NCBI GenBank assembly: GCA_964567555.1
Contig: CAZMNA010000003.1
Coordinates: 18,882 to 82,881, forward strand
DNA: 64,000 nt
Direction: 5' to 3'
Origin: an uncultured Candidatus Saccharibacteria bacterium
Lineage (GTDB): Bacteria > Patescibacteriota > Saccharimonadia > Saccharimonadales > UBA10212
The position numbers were made by a program, and so were the translations under genes. Position 1 is the first letter of the stretch; every line of letters begins with the position of its first letter. Shown here piece by piece: positions 1 through 9,708 of this stretch. The notes below the pieces were generated by a model, which was not told the origin of the DNA, did not search any database, and saw nothing but the letters and a program-made list of their open reading frames with translations.

Positions 1-1997
1 GGTGGTGCCCATTTGATAAAACCGTCTTGGCTGACGAGCAGGTTGAAAACGGTCGTTGCTGGCGCTGCGGCAACGAGGTTGAACGCAAGCTGCTGAAGCA
101 GTGGTTCTTCAAAATCCGTGAATATGCCGACCGGCTGGACGCGGACTTGGATAAAGTCGACTGGTCGAATTCTATAAAGACGATGCAGCACAACTGGATC
201 GGCAAGAGCCAGGGCATGATTTTCACCGCGCCGGTCAAATATACCAAAATGAAAATCCAGACTTTCTCGGCTCACTTCGAAGCTTTCATGGCCGACACAT
301 TCGTGGTCATCGCGCCCGACCATCCGCTACTGCCAGAACTCGTGAAGGGAACTAAGGATGAGCAAAAAGTTTTAGAATTTGCCGAAGCCATTCTCAAAAA
401 GCGCGTCAAGCAAGGCTTCGCTGACGAAGAAGACGTTCACGGTATCTTCACCGGTCGCTATATCGAAGATCCGGTTGGCAATGGCGATTTGCCCATTTGG
501 GTGGCCAGCTTTGCCTTGGCTCACTACGGTACAGGCATCGTTAAATGCTCAGCCCATGATGAGCGTGATTTCCGCTTCGCCAAAAAGTACGGACTAAAGC
601 TTAAACCTACTTTGCTGCCGCCTGACCCGAAAGCGGCTGAAAAAGTTAAGAGCTTTGAAGTCATGTACGACGACCACGACAATGGCATTTTAACAGAGCC
701 TAAAAAGTTTGCCGGCAAGGTGGCGCATGATGTCCGTTCAGAGATCGTTGATTATCTGGTCAAGCATAAGCTGGCCAAGCCGAAGGTTTCGTACAAAATG
801 CGTGATTGGCTGATTTCCCGTCAGCGTTATTGGGGCGCGCCGATCCCAATCATCCACTGCCAAAAATGTGGCACCGTGCCGGTGCCAGAAAAAGACTTGC
901 CAGTCGTTCTGCCTGAGGTTAAAAGCTATGAGCCAAGCGGCGACGGCCGCAGCCCGCTGGCCAATGTACCAGCATTTGTGAACGTTAAGTGCCCAAAGTG
1001 TGGTGGCGATGCTCAGAGGGAGACCGACACCATGGACGGCTTTGCCTGCTCAAGCTGGTATTTCCTGCGCTTTGCCGATCCTCACAATGATAAGGCTGCT
1101 TTTGATAAGGAAAAGGTTAAATTTTGGCTACCGGTTGACGATTATATTGGCGGCGCCGAACACGCTGTTATGCATCTTCTCTACGCGCGCTTCTGGACCA
1201 AGGTTATGTTTGATGAAAAACTTATAGATTTTGACGAACCGTTCTCATCCTTGCGCAACCACGGCATGATTTTGGCGCCCGATGGCCAAAAAATGAGCAA
1301 GAGCAAAGGCAACACCATTGAACCCGACGGCTTGATAGAACAAGGCTACGGGGCAGATTCTATTAGGCTGATGGAACTATTCATCGGGCCGTGGAACCAG
1401 GCCGCCAGCTGGAGTGTAGAAGGTCTGGCCGGCATGCACCGCTTTTTGTCCCGAGTCTGGTCGCTTGCACTGGAGTTTAATGAGGCCAGGGCTAGCGGCG
1501 GCCAGCCCATGCAGGCCGAACGTTTAGCTGCCGTTACGCACCGTGCTACCAAGAAAGTTACGCGCGATATAGAGGACTTCAATTTCAATACTGCCCTTGC
1601 CGCCCAGATGAGCCTGGTCAACGAGCTCTATAAGATTAAGGCCGAGCAGGGCTTTGCTGATAGAGGCGCTTGGCAGACCACCCTATCAACGCTTCTACAG
1701 CTTTTAGCGCCGTTTGCGCCACACATCGCCGAAGAACTGTGGGCTGAGTTGGGGCACGATAGCTCCATTCACATCGGCCCATGGCCGACTTGGGATGAAA
1801 AGTTAATTGCCGAAGAAGTCATGACCTTGGCCATTCAAATCAACGGTAAGGTTCGCGGCGAAGTTATGGTGCCGGTTGATGTAAGCGAATCTGGTGCTAT
1901 CGCCGCCGCCAAAGAAGCGGCGGCCGATAAACTGTCTGGTCAAAAAATCAAAAAAGAAATTTACGTACCAAGTCGCCTGGTTAACTTTGTTGTTTAA
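1..1997 (+). CDS. leuS: leucyl-tRNA synthetase, C-terminal ~660 aa (5' end lies upstream of window)
   Basis: In-frame translation runs from the window start. CWRCG zinc-knuckle, KMSKS-like region and anticodon-binding domain are present; the ORF track begins at an internal TTG. Confidence 0.9.
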   Translation, partial: WCPFDKTVLADEQVENGRCWRCGNEVERKLLKQWFFKIREYADRLDADLDKVDWSNSIKTMQHNWIGKSQGMIFTAPVKYTKMKIQTFSAHFEAFMADTFVVIAPDHPLLPELVKGTKDEQKVLEFAEAILKKRVKQGFADEEDVHGIFTGRYIEDPVGNGDLPIWVASFALAHYGTGIVKCSAHDERDFRFAKKYGLKLKPTLLPPDPKAAEKVKSFEVMYDDHDNGILTEPKKFAGKVAHDVRSEIVDYLVKHKLAKPKVSYKMRDWLISRQRYWGAPIPIIHCQKCGTVPVPEKDLPVVLPEVKSYEPSGDGRSPLANVPAFVNVKCPKCGGDAQRETDTMDGFACSSWYFLRFADPHNDKAAFDKEKVKFWLPVDDYIGGAEHAVMHLLYARFWTKVMFDEKLIDFDEPFSSLRNHGMILAPDGQKMSKSKGNTIEPDGLIEQGYGADSIRLMELFIGPWNQAASWSVEGLAGMHRFLSRVWSLALEFNEARASGGQPMQAERLAAVTHRATKKVTRDIEDFNFNTALAAQMSLVNELYKIKAEQGFADRGAWQTTLSTLLQLLAPFAPHIAEELWAELGHDSSIHIGPWPTWDEKLIAEEVMTLAIQINGKVRGEVMVPVDVSESGAIAAAKEAAADKLSGQKIKKEIYVPSRLVNFVV

Positions 1998-2242
1998 CCT
2001 CAGAGAGCTGGACTTCGCTCTGCATAGATACTGGCGGTTTATTATCTTTGCTAAATTTATCAATCGCCCGCGCCAAAACTAAACGATAAAAGGGTTTCTG
2101 TAGTAAATAAGCGGCCAAGGCAGGGCCTTCAAGCTGCTCAGATTCTTTCCGCTTCCTCATTCTGTAATAATATACTACTCTCCGGCTTACGCAAGCCCGC
2201 TCATCTCTGTTATAATGTTGATAACTCTAAAGGAGAAATAAA

Positions 2243-2392
2243 TTGGGCCAGCCCAAAAAACGAACAACCCATCGCCGGACCGGCATGCGCCGTAGCCACC
2301 ATGTTCTTAAGTTGGCTCGGATGGTTAATGCCAAAAGCCCCATCAAGGTACGCGTCGGCACGCGTAAGATGAAACAAACCGCTGCCAAGTAG
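2243..2392 (+). CDS. rpmF: 50S ribosomal protein L32 (49 aa, TTG start)
   Basis: Translation LGQPKKRTTHRRTGMRRSHH.. matches the L32 PKKR..RR.MRRSH signature. AGGAG RBS sits 8 nt upstream and a TATAAT box ~35 nt upstream. Too short to appear in the ORF track. Confidence 0.6.
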   Translation: MGQPKKRTTHRRTGMRRSHHVLKLARMVNAKSPIKVRVGTRKMKQTAAK

Positions 2393-2619
2393 AACCCGCT
2401 ACAGCTTGTAAGGTATAATTAAGCCAAAGAAACCAAAAAGGATTTTTAACAATATGGCTATAGGAACCCATCCCGTCGCTTACTTTTGGGCTGCAACCTC
2501 AAACCTTGGGCTGCAGAAACCATTTTGTGCGTCAACGTGCCTAGGGGCACGCCTCCTTACAAGAATGATTTCTTCGCCTTCAAGATTTGAGTTTTCGCTT
2601 TACGAAAGGAGCGGACAGA

Positions 2620-3099
2620 ATGGCTTCTAACCGCCACTTAGGCCGAATCGTCGCTCTACAAACTTTGTACGAGCAGGATTTTAGAGTGGAATGCCAAGAC
2701 GGTAGCTTTAAGCTTGACGAGGTCTTGGCGCGCAACGTTGCCCGCTACCAAGATACGATTGAAGACGTTGAGTTCATAAATCGCTTGGTAGAAGGCGTTT
2801 CGTCCAAGCAAAAAGAGCTGGATGATTTAATTCAGCCGCTGGCGCCGGAATGGCCGATTGATCAGATTGCCAGGATAGATCGAAATATCCTTCGCATGGG
2901 AGTGTGGGAGTTAAAAAGCGAGCCGGATGTACCTCAAAAGGTTGTTATCAACGAAGCGGTAGAGCTGGCTAAGGCCTTTGGTGGCGATAACTCATCCAAG
3001 TTCATTAACGGTGTTTTGGGGAGTGCACTTCGCCAGATTGAGGCTGACGAAAAACCCAAAAAAACTACCAAGTCTAAAGCCAAAGTTAAGAAGAGTTGA
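2620..3099 (+). CDS. nusB: transcription antitermination factor NusB
   Basis: MASNRHLGRIVALQTLYEQDF.. is the typical NusB N-terminus. AAGGAG RBS precedes the ATG at 2620; the ORF track's start at 2587 is probably too early. Confidence 0.85.
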   Translation: MASNRHLGRIVALQTLYEQDFRVECQDGSFKLDEVLARNVARYQDTIEDVEFINRLVEGVSSKQKELDDLIQPLAPEWPIDQIARIDRNILRMGVWELKSEPDVPQKVVINEAVELAKAFGGDNSSKFINGVLGSALRQIEADEKPKKTTKSKAKVKKS

Positions 3100-3596
3100 A
3101 ATATATGAAAAGACCAAAACCATTCGCCGGCATAAAACGGTTTGTTCGTCACCCGGCTATCAGCCAGATTGTCAGGGAACCTACCGCTGGCGGCATAGTT
3201 TTTAGGCGCCCCAAGGACGACCCATCTAAAATCCAGATTTTAATGATCCAGGACAGCAAAGGTCGCTGGACCATACCCAAGGGTCATATTGAGGAGGGCG
3301 AGGCCGCCAGGGCAACCGCCGAGCGCGAAATCCGGGAGGAGACCGGCCTTGCTAATATGAAGGTGCAAGACTGGCTGGGTAAAATCAACTTCCGTTACCG
3401 GCGCGGCGCCAGCCTAGTTTTAATGACCACGGAAATCTTTTTGGTCCAGGCGCTTGGCAACACGGGCGCAATCAAAAAAGAAAAGTGGATGAACTCCATC
3501 GGCTGGTTGGACGCCAACGACGCACTTGAAAAGATTGAATATGAAGATATCGGCAAGCTAATATTGTTAGGGTTAAGGAAAATCAGGACACAGTAA
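3096..3596 (+). CDS. NUDIX hydrolase
   Basis: Nudix box GHIEEGEAARATAEREIREETGL. The ATG at 3105 is the likelier start. Confidence 0.75.
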   Translation: MKYMKRPKPFAGIKRFVRHPAISQIVREPTAGGIVFRRPKDDPSKIQILMIQDSKGRWTIPKGHIEEGEAARATAEREIREETGLANMKVQDWLGKINFRYRRGASLVLMTTEIFLVQALGNTGAIKKEKWMNSIGWLDANDALEKIEYEDIGKLILLGLRKIRTQ

Positions 3597-4285
3597 TGGA
3601 CATTTCAAAATACCAGGCATTTGCGGACGATCATTTAGGCGGTATCAGTGACATCAATTTGTTGGTCACGGCCTTTACCCACCGCTCATACTTAAACGAG
3701 CATCGCAAAACTGCCACAGAACATAACGAACGGCTAGAATTTTTGGGCGATGCTGTGCTGGAACTGGTTGTGACGGAATTTTTGTATGAAAACTATAAAG
3801 AGCCTGAAGGTATCTTGACCAACTGGCGCAGCGCCCTGGTTCGCACAGAAAGCATCGGCTCAGCCGCTGACCGTGAAAACTTTGGCGAGCTAATCCGGCT
3901 ATCACGCGGCGAAAAGCGCGGCTCCGAGCGTGCCCGCCACCAAATTCTGGCTAATTGCTACGAGGCCGTCCTTGGCGCGCTTTATCTGGATAAAGGCTAC
4001 GACGCCACCAAGGCTTTCATTAGCCGGACTTTACTGCCAACCTTTGAAGAGATTTTAAAAGAGGGCAGCTGGTTAGATCCAAAGTCCCGCCTGCAAGAAG
4101 CTGTCCAAAGCAAAGAAAACCTAACACCAATCTATAAGGTGACATCAGAAGAAGGTCCAGACCACGACAAAGTTTTTGTAGTTGGCGTTTACGTTGGCGG
4201 TGAGCTAAAAGGCGAGGGCCAAGGCCCAAGCAAGCAGGCCGCGCAGGTTGCCGCCGCTCACGCGGCTATGCGTGAATACAAGTAA
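3596..4285 (+). CDS. rnc: ribonuclease III
   Basis: ERLEFLGDAVLELVV RNase III signature plus a C-terminal dsRBD. Confidence 0.9.
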   Translation: MDISKYQAFADDHLGGISDINLLVTAFTHRSYLNEHRKTATEHNERLEFLGDAVLELVVTEFLYENYKEPEGILTNWRSALVRTESIGSAADRENFGELIRLSRGEKRGSERARHQILANCYEAVLGALYLDKGYDATKAFISRTLLPTFEEILKEGSWLDPKSRLQEAVQSKENLTPIYKVTSEEGPDHDKVFVVGVYVGGELKGEGQGPSKQAAQVAAAHAAMREYK

Positions 4286-4337
4286 GTCTTCTTAACACCT
4301 TGATTTTAGTCGTTTTTATCTGTAAAATAGCCAAGAT

Positions 4338-4937
4338 ATGTTAGCCATCCGCATGCAAAGGACTGGCCGTCGTGGTCACGCCCAATTTAGGGTGATTGTT
4401 CAAGATAGCCGCTTCCACCCGACTCGCGGCAAGGTCGTGGCGTACCTCGGGTCTTATAATCCGCATGCCAAGACCGCTCAGCTTGATAAAGAGGCTGCCC
4501 AGAAGTATCTAAGTAACGGCGCCCAGCCTTCGGACCGCGCAGTCAAGCTTTTGAAAGCAGAGGGCGTCAAGCTGCCAGCTTGGGTAGAAGTTTCGTCTCC
4601 CAAGAAAAAGGCTATAAAAAACCCAGAAAAGCTACGCCGCAACCGTCCGGCTGATGCTGCCCCTGAGCAGAAGCCTGCTACCGCTGAAGAACCGGCCGCC
4701 GAAGCTCCAGCCGAAGAAGCCGCTCCGGCTGTCGAGGAGACACCGGCTGAACCTCAAGTCCAAAAAGCTGATCCAGCCACCGAGCCACCAGCGGAAGAAT
4801 CCGCGCCAGATGATGCAGCTCCGGCCACAGAGCAGCCTGTTGAAGAACCAGCTGAAGCTGCGCCTGAGCCAGCGGAAGAAAAGCCCGCAGAACCAGCGCC
4901 GGCTGAGGCACCTTCCCAAGAGCCCAAAGCCAAATAG
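4338..4937 (+). CDS. rpsP: 30S ribosomal protein S16 with a long Pro/Ala/Glu-rich C-terminal tail
   Basis: The S16 N-terminal domain (RMQRTGRRGHAQFRVIV..SYNP) is followed by ~110 aa of low-complexity PAEE repeats. TTGATT-17-TAAAAT promoter upstream. Confidence 0.85.
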   Translation: MLAIRMQRTGRRGHAQFRVIVQDSRFHPTRGKVVAYLGSYNPHAKTAQLDKEAAQKYLSNGAQPSDRAVKLLKAEGVKLPAWVEVSSPKKKAIKNPEKLRRNRPADAAPEQKPATAEEPAAEAPAEEAAPAVEETPAEPQVQKADPATEPPAEESAPDDAAPATEQPVEEPAEAAPEPAEEKPAEPAPAEAPSQEPKAK

Positions 4938-4986
4938 CTCATTTTGCTATAATTAATTCTAGAAGACTAATTTCAAGGAGAGACCT

Positions 4987-5526
4987 ATGACCGCATCTAT
5001 AGACGAACAGTTCGTGGAATACATCGTAAAGTCACTTGTGGGCAAGCCTGACGCTGTAAGTATCCAAAGAACAATCGATGAAAAGGGCGTTTTATTAGAG
5101 CTAACTGTTGACCCAGAAGATCTAGGGCGGGTGATTGGTAAGCGTGGTGCCACTGCCCAGAGCCTGCGCACACTTCTGCGAGCGCTTGGAACTAAAAACG
5201 ATGCTCGCTATAACCTCAAGATTGTAGATAATGGCGAGCCTCGACCGCCGCGAGAGGACTATCATCGTGACGGCGGTTCACCCAAAGACGACTCTGCTCA
5301 AAACGACAGTGGCCAAGCAACTGATGAACCGTCGGCCGCTCCGGCCGTCGATGAGCCAGCCGACACAGCCGCAAATGAACCGGATAAGTCCGAGGCCGAA
5401 CCCGAGGCCAAAGAAGAAGCCAACCAAACAACTGGCGATGATGCCGAACATAGCGAGGAAACCGGCAGTAACCTAGCCGAGCGCACCCGTCGCGAGCTGG
5501 CAGAACTCGACGACCTAGACGTTTAA
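4987..5526 (+). CDS. KH-domain RNA-binding protein (UPF0109/YlqC-like) with an acidic C-terminal tail
   Basis: VIGKRGATAQSLRTLL KH GXXG motif. Its position after rpsP is conserved. Confidence 0.75.
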   Translation: MTASIDEQFVEYIVKSLVGKPDAVSIQRTIDEKGVLLELTVDPEDLGRVIGKRGATAQSLRTLLRALGTKNDARYNLKIVDNGEPRPPREDYHRDGGSPKDDSAQNDSGQATDEPSAAPAVDEPADTAANEPDKSEAEPEAKEEANQTTGDDAEHSEETGSNLAERTRRELAELDDLDV

Positions 5527-5539
5527 TCTTTAGATTGTA

Positions 5540-6493
5540 ATGAAAACGATAGTCATCGGTTCACTCAACACCGACCTAGTTGCTACTGGCCTCAAGAAAT
5601 TTCCAAAGGCTGGTGAACATGTCTATGGCAAAGAGCTATTAATTAGCCCCGGAGGCAAATCGCGTAACATTGCAGACATGATTGCGCGTCTTTCATCCGG
5701 GGATTCGGTGGCTATGGTTGGCAGGACGATCAAAGACAAATATGGGTTATGGAAACTCCCCATTAGCTCACTGAGTGAAGCCGGCGTAAACGTAGATTAC
5801 GTTAATATTTCAGGCCCCTCGAACAACCAGGAATTACCAGGTATCGCGTTAATACCTGTCGATGAGGCAGGCAATAATCAAATAATAGTACTCCCTGGAA
5901 TCAGCAATAGCTTTAGTCCTGAAGATATTGATCGTGCCTCCGACCTTTTTAAAGAAGTTGGCAGCAATCACGGGATGCTTGTCCTGACGTTGGAGTGTCC
6001 TCTAGATACTACCTTCCATGCTATTAAGAAGGCCAATAAATATGGGATAAGAGTCATGTTTGATCCTGGCGGTGTTCAAGCAGGGGACGACGTGGCAAAA
6101 CTATTGAATCTAGACATATTCTTCATTAAACCAAACGAACATGAAGCAAATATTCTAACAGGGGTAAATGTTAAAGATTTTGCTTCAGCGAAACTAGCGG
6201 CTCAGCGCCTGAAAGAAGAAGGCATACGCAACATCCTAATAACAGCAGGTTCTGTGGGAGCATATTTATTTAGTGATGGTATAGAAAAACACATACCGAT
6301 ACCAAAATTGAGTGGCGGTACGAAAGACGAGACAGGCTGCGGCGATCAGACGATGGCTACCTTTTGTGCCTATATGCAAGATGGTAAGTCTATAGAGGAA
6401 GCTGCTGAGGTCTCAATTCTAGCAGGTACGCTCCAGTCCTATAAGGACGGAGTCCAGCCACTCACTAAGGATGCAATAGAAAACACACAATGA
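5540..6493 (+). CDS. PfkB-family carbohydrate/ribokinase-like kinase
   Basis: N-terminal GSLNTDL, a GGK motif and the C-terminal DxTGAGD-like TGCGDQ PfkB signature. Confidence 0.75.
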   Translation: MKTIVIGSLNTDLVATGLKKFPKAGEHVYGKELLISPGGKSRNIADMIARLSSGDSVAMVGRTIKDKYGLWKLPISSLSEAGVNVDYVNISGPSNNQELPGIALIPVDEAGNNQIIVLPGISNSFSPEDIDRASDLFKEVGSNHGMLVLTLECPLDTTFHAIKKANKYGIRVMFDPGGVQAGDDVAKLLNLDIFFIKPNEHEANILTGVNVKDFASAKLAAQRLKEEGIRNILITAGSVGAYLFSDGIEKHIPIPKLSGGTKDETGCGDQTMATFCAYMQDGKSIEEAAEVSILAGTLQSYKDGVQPLTKDAIENTQ

Positions 6494-7146
6494 AAATCCA
6501 AATCATAACTCTATTTCCGGAGATGTTTGAGGGTGTGCTTAATTCTTCTATGCTTTGGAAAGCTCAAAAAGAAGGGTTGGTTGAATATCGGCTGATAAAT
6601 CTGCGCGATTTTGGCATTGGACCTCGTAAGCAAGTGGACGACACGCCTTACGGCGGTGGTGACGGCATGGTGCTTCGGCCCGAGCCTCTATTTGCGGCAG
6701 TCGAGACGGCCAAAAAAAATGATTCAGATGCCCAAGTCTTGCTGATGACCCCGCGTGGCGAAACGCTCAGCCAAGAAATGGCGCGGGAATTTGCTGTCAC
6801 CGAAGCCGGGTTAATAATTATTTGCGGCCGCTACGAAGGCTACGACGAGCGCATAACAAGCTTGGTTGACAAGCAGCTTTCTGTTGGCGAGTATGTCTTA
6901 ACCGGGGGAGAACTACCGGCAATGATTGTCGTCGACGCGGTGACGCGGCTAATTCCTGGTGTGCTTGGTGGCGAAACCAGTGCCGAGCTAGAGAGCTTCA
7001 CCAACGCGGGAGAAATTGAACATCCGCACTTTACCCGGCCGGAAGAATTTCGCGGCCTGAAAGTGCCTGAAGTGTTATTATCAGGGAATCACGCTGAGAT
7101 AAAAAAATGGCGTGCCTACCAATCTAAACAAACCAAGGAAGAATAA
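6490..7146 (+). CDS. trmD: tRNA (guanine37-N1)-methyltransferase
   Basis: Full-length TrmD similarity ([27 protein letters not shown]). The 4-nt ATGA overlap with the upstream gene is typical operon coupling. Confidence 0.9.
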   Translation: MKIQIITLFPEMFEGVLNSSMLWKAQKEGLVEYRLINLRDFGIGPRKQVDDTPYGGGDGMVLRPEPLFAAVETAKKNDSDAQVLLMTPRGETLSQEMAREFAVTEAGLIIICGRYEGYDERITSLVDKQLSVGEYVLTGGELPAMIVVDAVTRLIPGVLGGETSAELESFTNAGEIEHPHFTRPEEFRGLKVPEVLLSGNHAEIKKWRAYQSKQTKEE

Positions 7147-7151
7147 ATATT

Positions 7152-7751
7152 ATGAGTTTTACACTACCAGACCTGGGTTACGCATTCGATGCGCTAGAGC
7201 CCTATATCGACGCCAAAACCATGGAGATTCACCATGATAAACATCACGCCGCTTACGTAGAGAAACTAAACGCCGCTATCCAGAAGGTCCCAGATTTTGC
7301 CGACAAATCCATAGAAGAAATTTTGGCCAAGAATGAAGACATACCAGAAGATTTTCGCCAGGCAGTCATAAACAATGGTGGTGGTCATCACAATCATAAG
7401 TTGTTCTGGGAGACCATGAAACCAGGCGGCGCCAAAGCTCCGGCAGACAACCTGGGCGAAGCCATAGCCTACAGCTTTAGTAGTTTTGAAAATTTTAAGA
7501 CTAAATTTGCAGAAGCGGCAACTACTCGTTTTGGTTCGGGCTGGGCGTGGCTGGTCAAAGACGGTGACAAGCTAGAGATTTATTCTACTGCCAACCAAGA
7601 CAGTCCGCTGATGGAAGGTAAGACTCCAATCTTGGGCCTAGACGTCTGGGAACACGCCTACTACCTAAAGTACCAAAACAAACGCCCCGACTACATCGAG
7701 GCTTGGTGGAATGTGGTCAACTGGGACGTCGCAGCTGATCGCCTAACCTAA
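7152..7751 (+). CDS. sodA: Fe/Mn superoxide dismutase
   Basis: HHDKHH, WEHAYYL..NRRPDY motifs. Confidence 0.9.
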   Translation: MSFTLPDLGYAFDALEPYIDAKTMEIHHDKHHAAYVEKLNAAIQKVPDFADKSIEEILAKNEDIPEDFRQAVINNGGGHHNHKLFWETMKPGGAKAPADNLGEAIAYSFSSFENFKTKFAEAATTRFGSGWAWLVKDGDKLEIYSTANQDSPLMEGKTPILGLDVWEHAYYLKYQNKRPDYIEAWWNVVNWDVAADRLT

Positions 7752-8378
7752 GATATTGACAGCGCGAGCGGTAACTAAGACCACAGTCAGCAGCGAGATA
7801 AATGCTTGAGCACTCATTAAGGCTTTGGCGATGTGGGTTAGGGGCATAGTATCGGTTGGGCTGAAAGCTGTGCTATTAGTGAGTGAAACGTATAGGTAAT
7901 CGAAGAATAATGGCTGCCAATTGGGGTCATTGCTTTGCGGGAACTGAAAATCATCAGACCTTCGACGCTTACCCGAGAGGCCGGGGCTATCAAGCTCCCA
8001 ATACCACAGTCCAAAGACAATGATGTTGGTTAAAAATATCGCCAGTGCGCCGCTCAACAGTGTGCGCCCCGGTATCCCAGAATTTGTAATCAGTGCGTTA
8101 GTTAGTAGCCCCAGCTCAAACGCGTTGGCTATCGATACGATTGCGATTAAGAGTGTCGCAATAGGCGTATGCAATCCGCCCTTGCCGATATGCCGTCTCG
8201 GGGCCGTGAACGCTATAGCGAGTGTTAAAATCAACAGCAAACTTGCTACTAGGTATTTGGGGCCAAATATAAGCCTTTTGGAAATAGTAAACTGCAGGCC
8301 TGCCGCTAGCAGTAGAGTTAGTTCGGCTATCCAAAGTTCCTGTCGCTTTATAGGGTGCATAATGCCTAGTATACGCAC
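7743..8378 (-). CDS. multi-pass membrane protein (DUF1345-like)
   Basis: Six predicted TM helices with no catalytic motif. It converges on sodA. Confidence 0.5.
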   Translation of the reverse strand: MRILGIMHPIKRQELWIAELTLLLAAGLQFTISKRLIFGPKYLVASLLLILTLAIAFTAPRRHIGKGGLHTPIATLLIAIVSIANAFELGLLTNALITNSGIPGRTLLSGALAIFLTNIIVFGLWYWELDSPGLSGKRRRSDDFQFPQSNDPNWQPLFFDYLYVSLTNSTAFSPTDTMPLTHIAKALMSAQAFISLLTVVLVTARAVNILG

Positions 8379-8380
8379 AG

Positions 8381-8409
8381 TTGGTTATGGCAGTAAAGAC
8401 GGCTATAAT
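8381..8409 (+). promoter_or_regulatory. sigma70-like promoter for tRNA-Gln (TTGGTT-17-TATAAT)
   Basis: Near-consensus -35/-10 with 17-bp spacer, 20 nt upstream of the tRNA 5' end. Confidence 0.45.
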
Positions 8410-8429
8410 AACAGGGGTAAATTGTTCAG

Positions 8430-8503
8430 TGGGGAGTGGCCAAGTGGTAAGGCACTGGGTTCTGGTCCCAGGATCGGGGGTTCGAGTCCCTCCTCCCCAG
8501 CCA
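8430..8503 (+). tRNA. tRNA-Gln (anticodon CTG), CCA encoded
   Basis: Folded by hand: 7-bp acceptor stem tggggag/ctcccca, anticodon stem ctggg/cccag with loop ttCTGgt, T-arm ggggg-TTCGAGT-ccctc, discriminator G then CCA. Confidence 0.9.
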
Positions 8504-8712
8504 TATAGGACGAGCTGAGGTGTTAAGTTTCAAAAAACTAATATAGCCATAAGCTTTTATGGCATTAATGTCAAATGTTTAACACTTTGGGCAAGTTCGA
8601 GTACTATCTCTCCTATTGACAGAGTTCAATATTTTACAGATAGGACATGTTATAGCTAGTGTTGTTAAAATAATAATTGAACTTTTTAACAAGAGCGTAC
8701 AACTAAATAGGG

Positions 8713-9498
8713 CTAGGTATAGAGCCCATGCTCTCTATAGTCTATTCCTTGAGATAGAGTGTGGACGTTAAAGAAGGCTCTAAAAACGACATTATTGGGA
8801 TCGTCCAACTTATCTTCAACCACTGTACCCGCAGATTTTATAAACTGTGTTAAAACCTCTGTGCGCTCCTCTGGAGTGCACCATTCTTGCCAAAGCAAGT
8901 CACCGAAACGCTCTATGTAGTAAGCAATTAACCCATCCTCATTGAGCCAGTGCGTCTCTACCATGCGTGGATCTACATCCATCAAAACAACAGCCTCTTC
9001 GCCAGTCTCTGTCGTAACAAACCGAAACATATCGCGCTGCAAAACTGGGCTATGGATCTTAAGCCCGCCATATCCTCTGAATAGCCTTGGAAGTCTAGCA
9101 GCAAGATCAACTTTAGTTTGGGTCGAGGCTTCTATAATTGGGTGACTATGGGCCAGATATTCGCTAACCATGACAACTGGGTTTTGCGCAACTGAATCGT
9201 AATCGTTTATGGCTATCTCTGTCCTTACAGGCGATATACCGGCCATGCGAAAGGTCTCCTGCATGCAATCCCACACCTCCTCGAAATTACGACCGCACGC
9301 TTCCACCTCATTTACGGCTCGCCGAGTGAAACTTCTAGTAACAAATTGTCTGCCATCCTCCTCTTCAACAAGTTGCAGGAGAATATCTGGAGAGTGAGAA
9401 AGCCTTTCAACCGGCTGCGCTACCTGAATACGCCCACGGATTAGACCGTCTAGGCCATCTACAAATTCTTGGGTAGGATAAATCTCTAGTCCGCTCAT
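8713..9498 (-). CDS. hypothetical protein (261 aa), first gene of the accessory island
   Basis: Long ORF with normal amino-acid composition; no recognisable domain. Confidence 0.5.
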   Translation of the reverse strand: MSGLEIYPTQEFVDGLDGLIRGRIQVAQPVERLSHSPDILLQLVEEEDGRQFVTRSFTRRAVNEVEACGRNFEEVWDCMQETFRMAGISPVRTEIAINDYDSVAQNPVVMVSEYLAHSHPIIEASTQTKVDLAARLPRLFRGYGGLKIHSPVLQRDMFRFVTTETGEEAVVLMDVDPRMVETHWLNEDGLIAYYIERFGDLLWQEWCTPEERTEVLTQFIKSAGTVVEDKLDDPNNVVFRAFFNVHTLSQGIDYREHGLYT

Positions 9499-9708
9499 TA
9501 TGAGTAAATTATGATAAAAAGCGATTTATTTGCAAGCATAAGCTTACATCACTGGAGAAATTAATAGTTGATTTACATATAGATACATTTATTATATAAC
9601 TAGCCCGTCTTTGTTGAGGTGTTTCAATGCGAGGACGCTCTTTAACCCAAGCTTTCCGGCTGTGCCGGACGGCTAAATCGGGGCAGTGCCCCAAGGAGGT
9701 GGCTTAAA

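Noticed and set aside
4632-4956. Several ORFs overlapping the S16 C-terminal tail on both strands
   Set aside because: Artefacts of the repetitive GC-rich PAEE-encoding DNA. The S16 frame is continuous from a conserved N-terminal domain.
8020-8508. 162-aa plus-strand ORF spanning the end of the membrane-protein gene and the tRNA-Gln
   Set aside because: It is antisense to a well-supported membrane-protein gene and runs through the tRNA. Its composition is Ser/Ala/Ile-rich and typical of an antisense frame.
8510-8712. Palindromes GCCATAAGCTTTTATGGC and GGGCT..AGCCC after tRNA-Gln, considered as an att core or terminator
   Set aside because: Neither has a following T-run of the right polarity, and I found no second copy that would define direct-repeat att sites.
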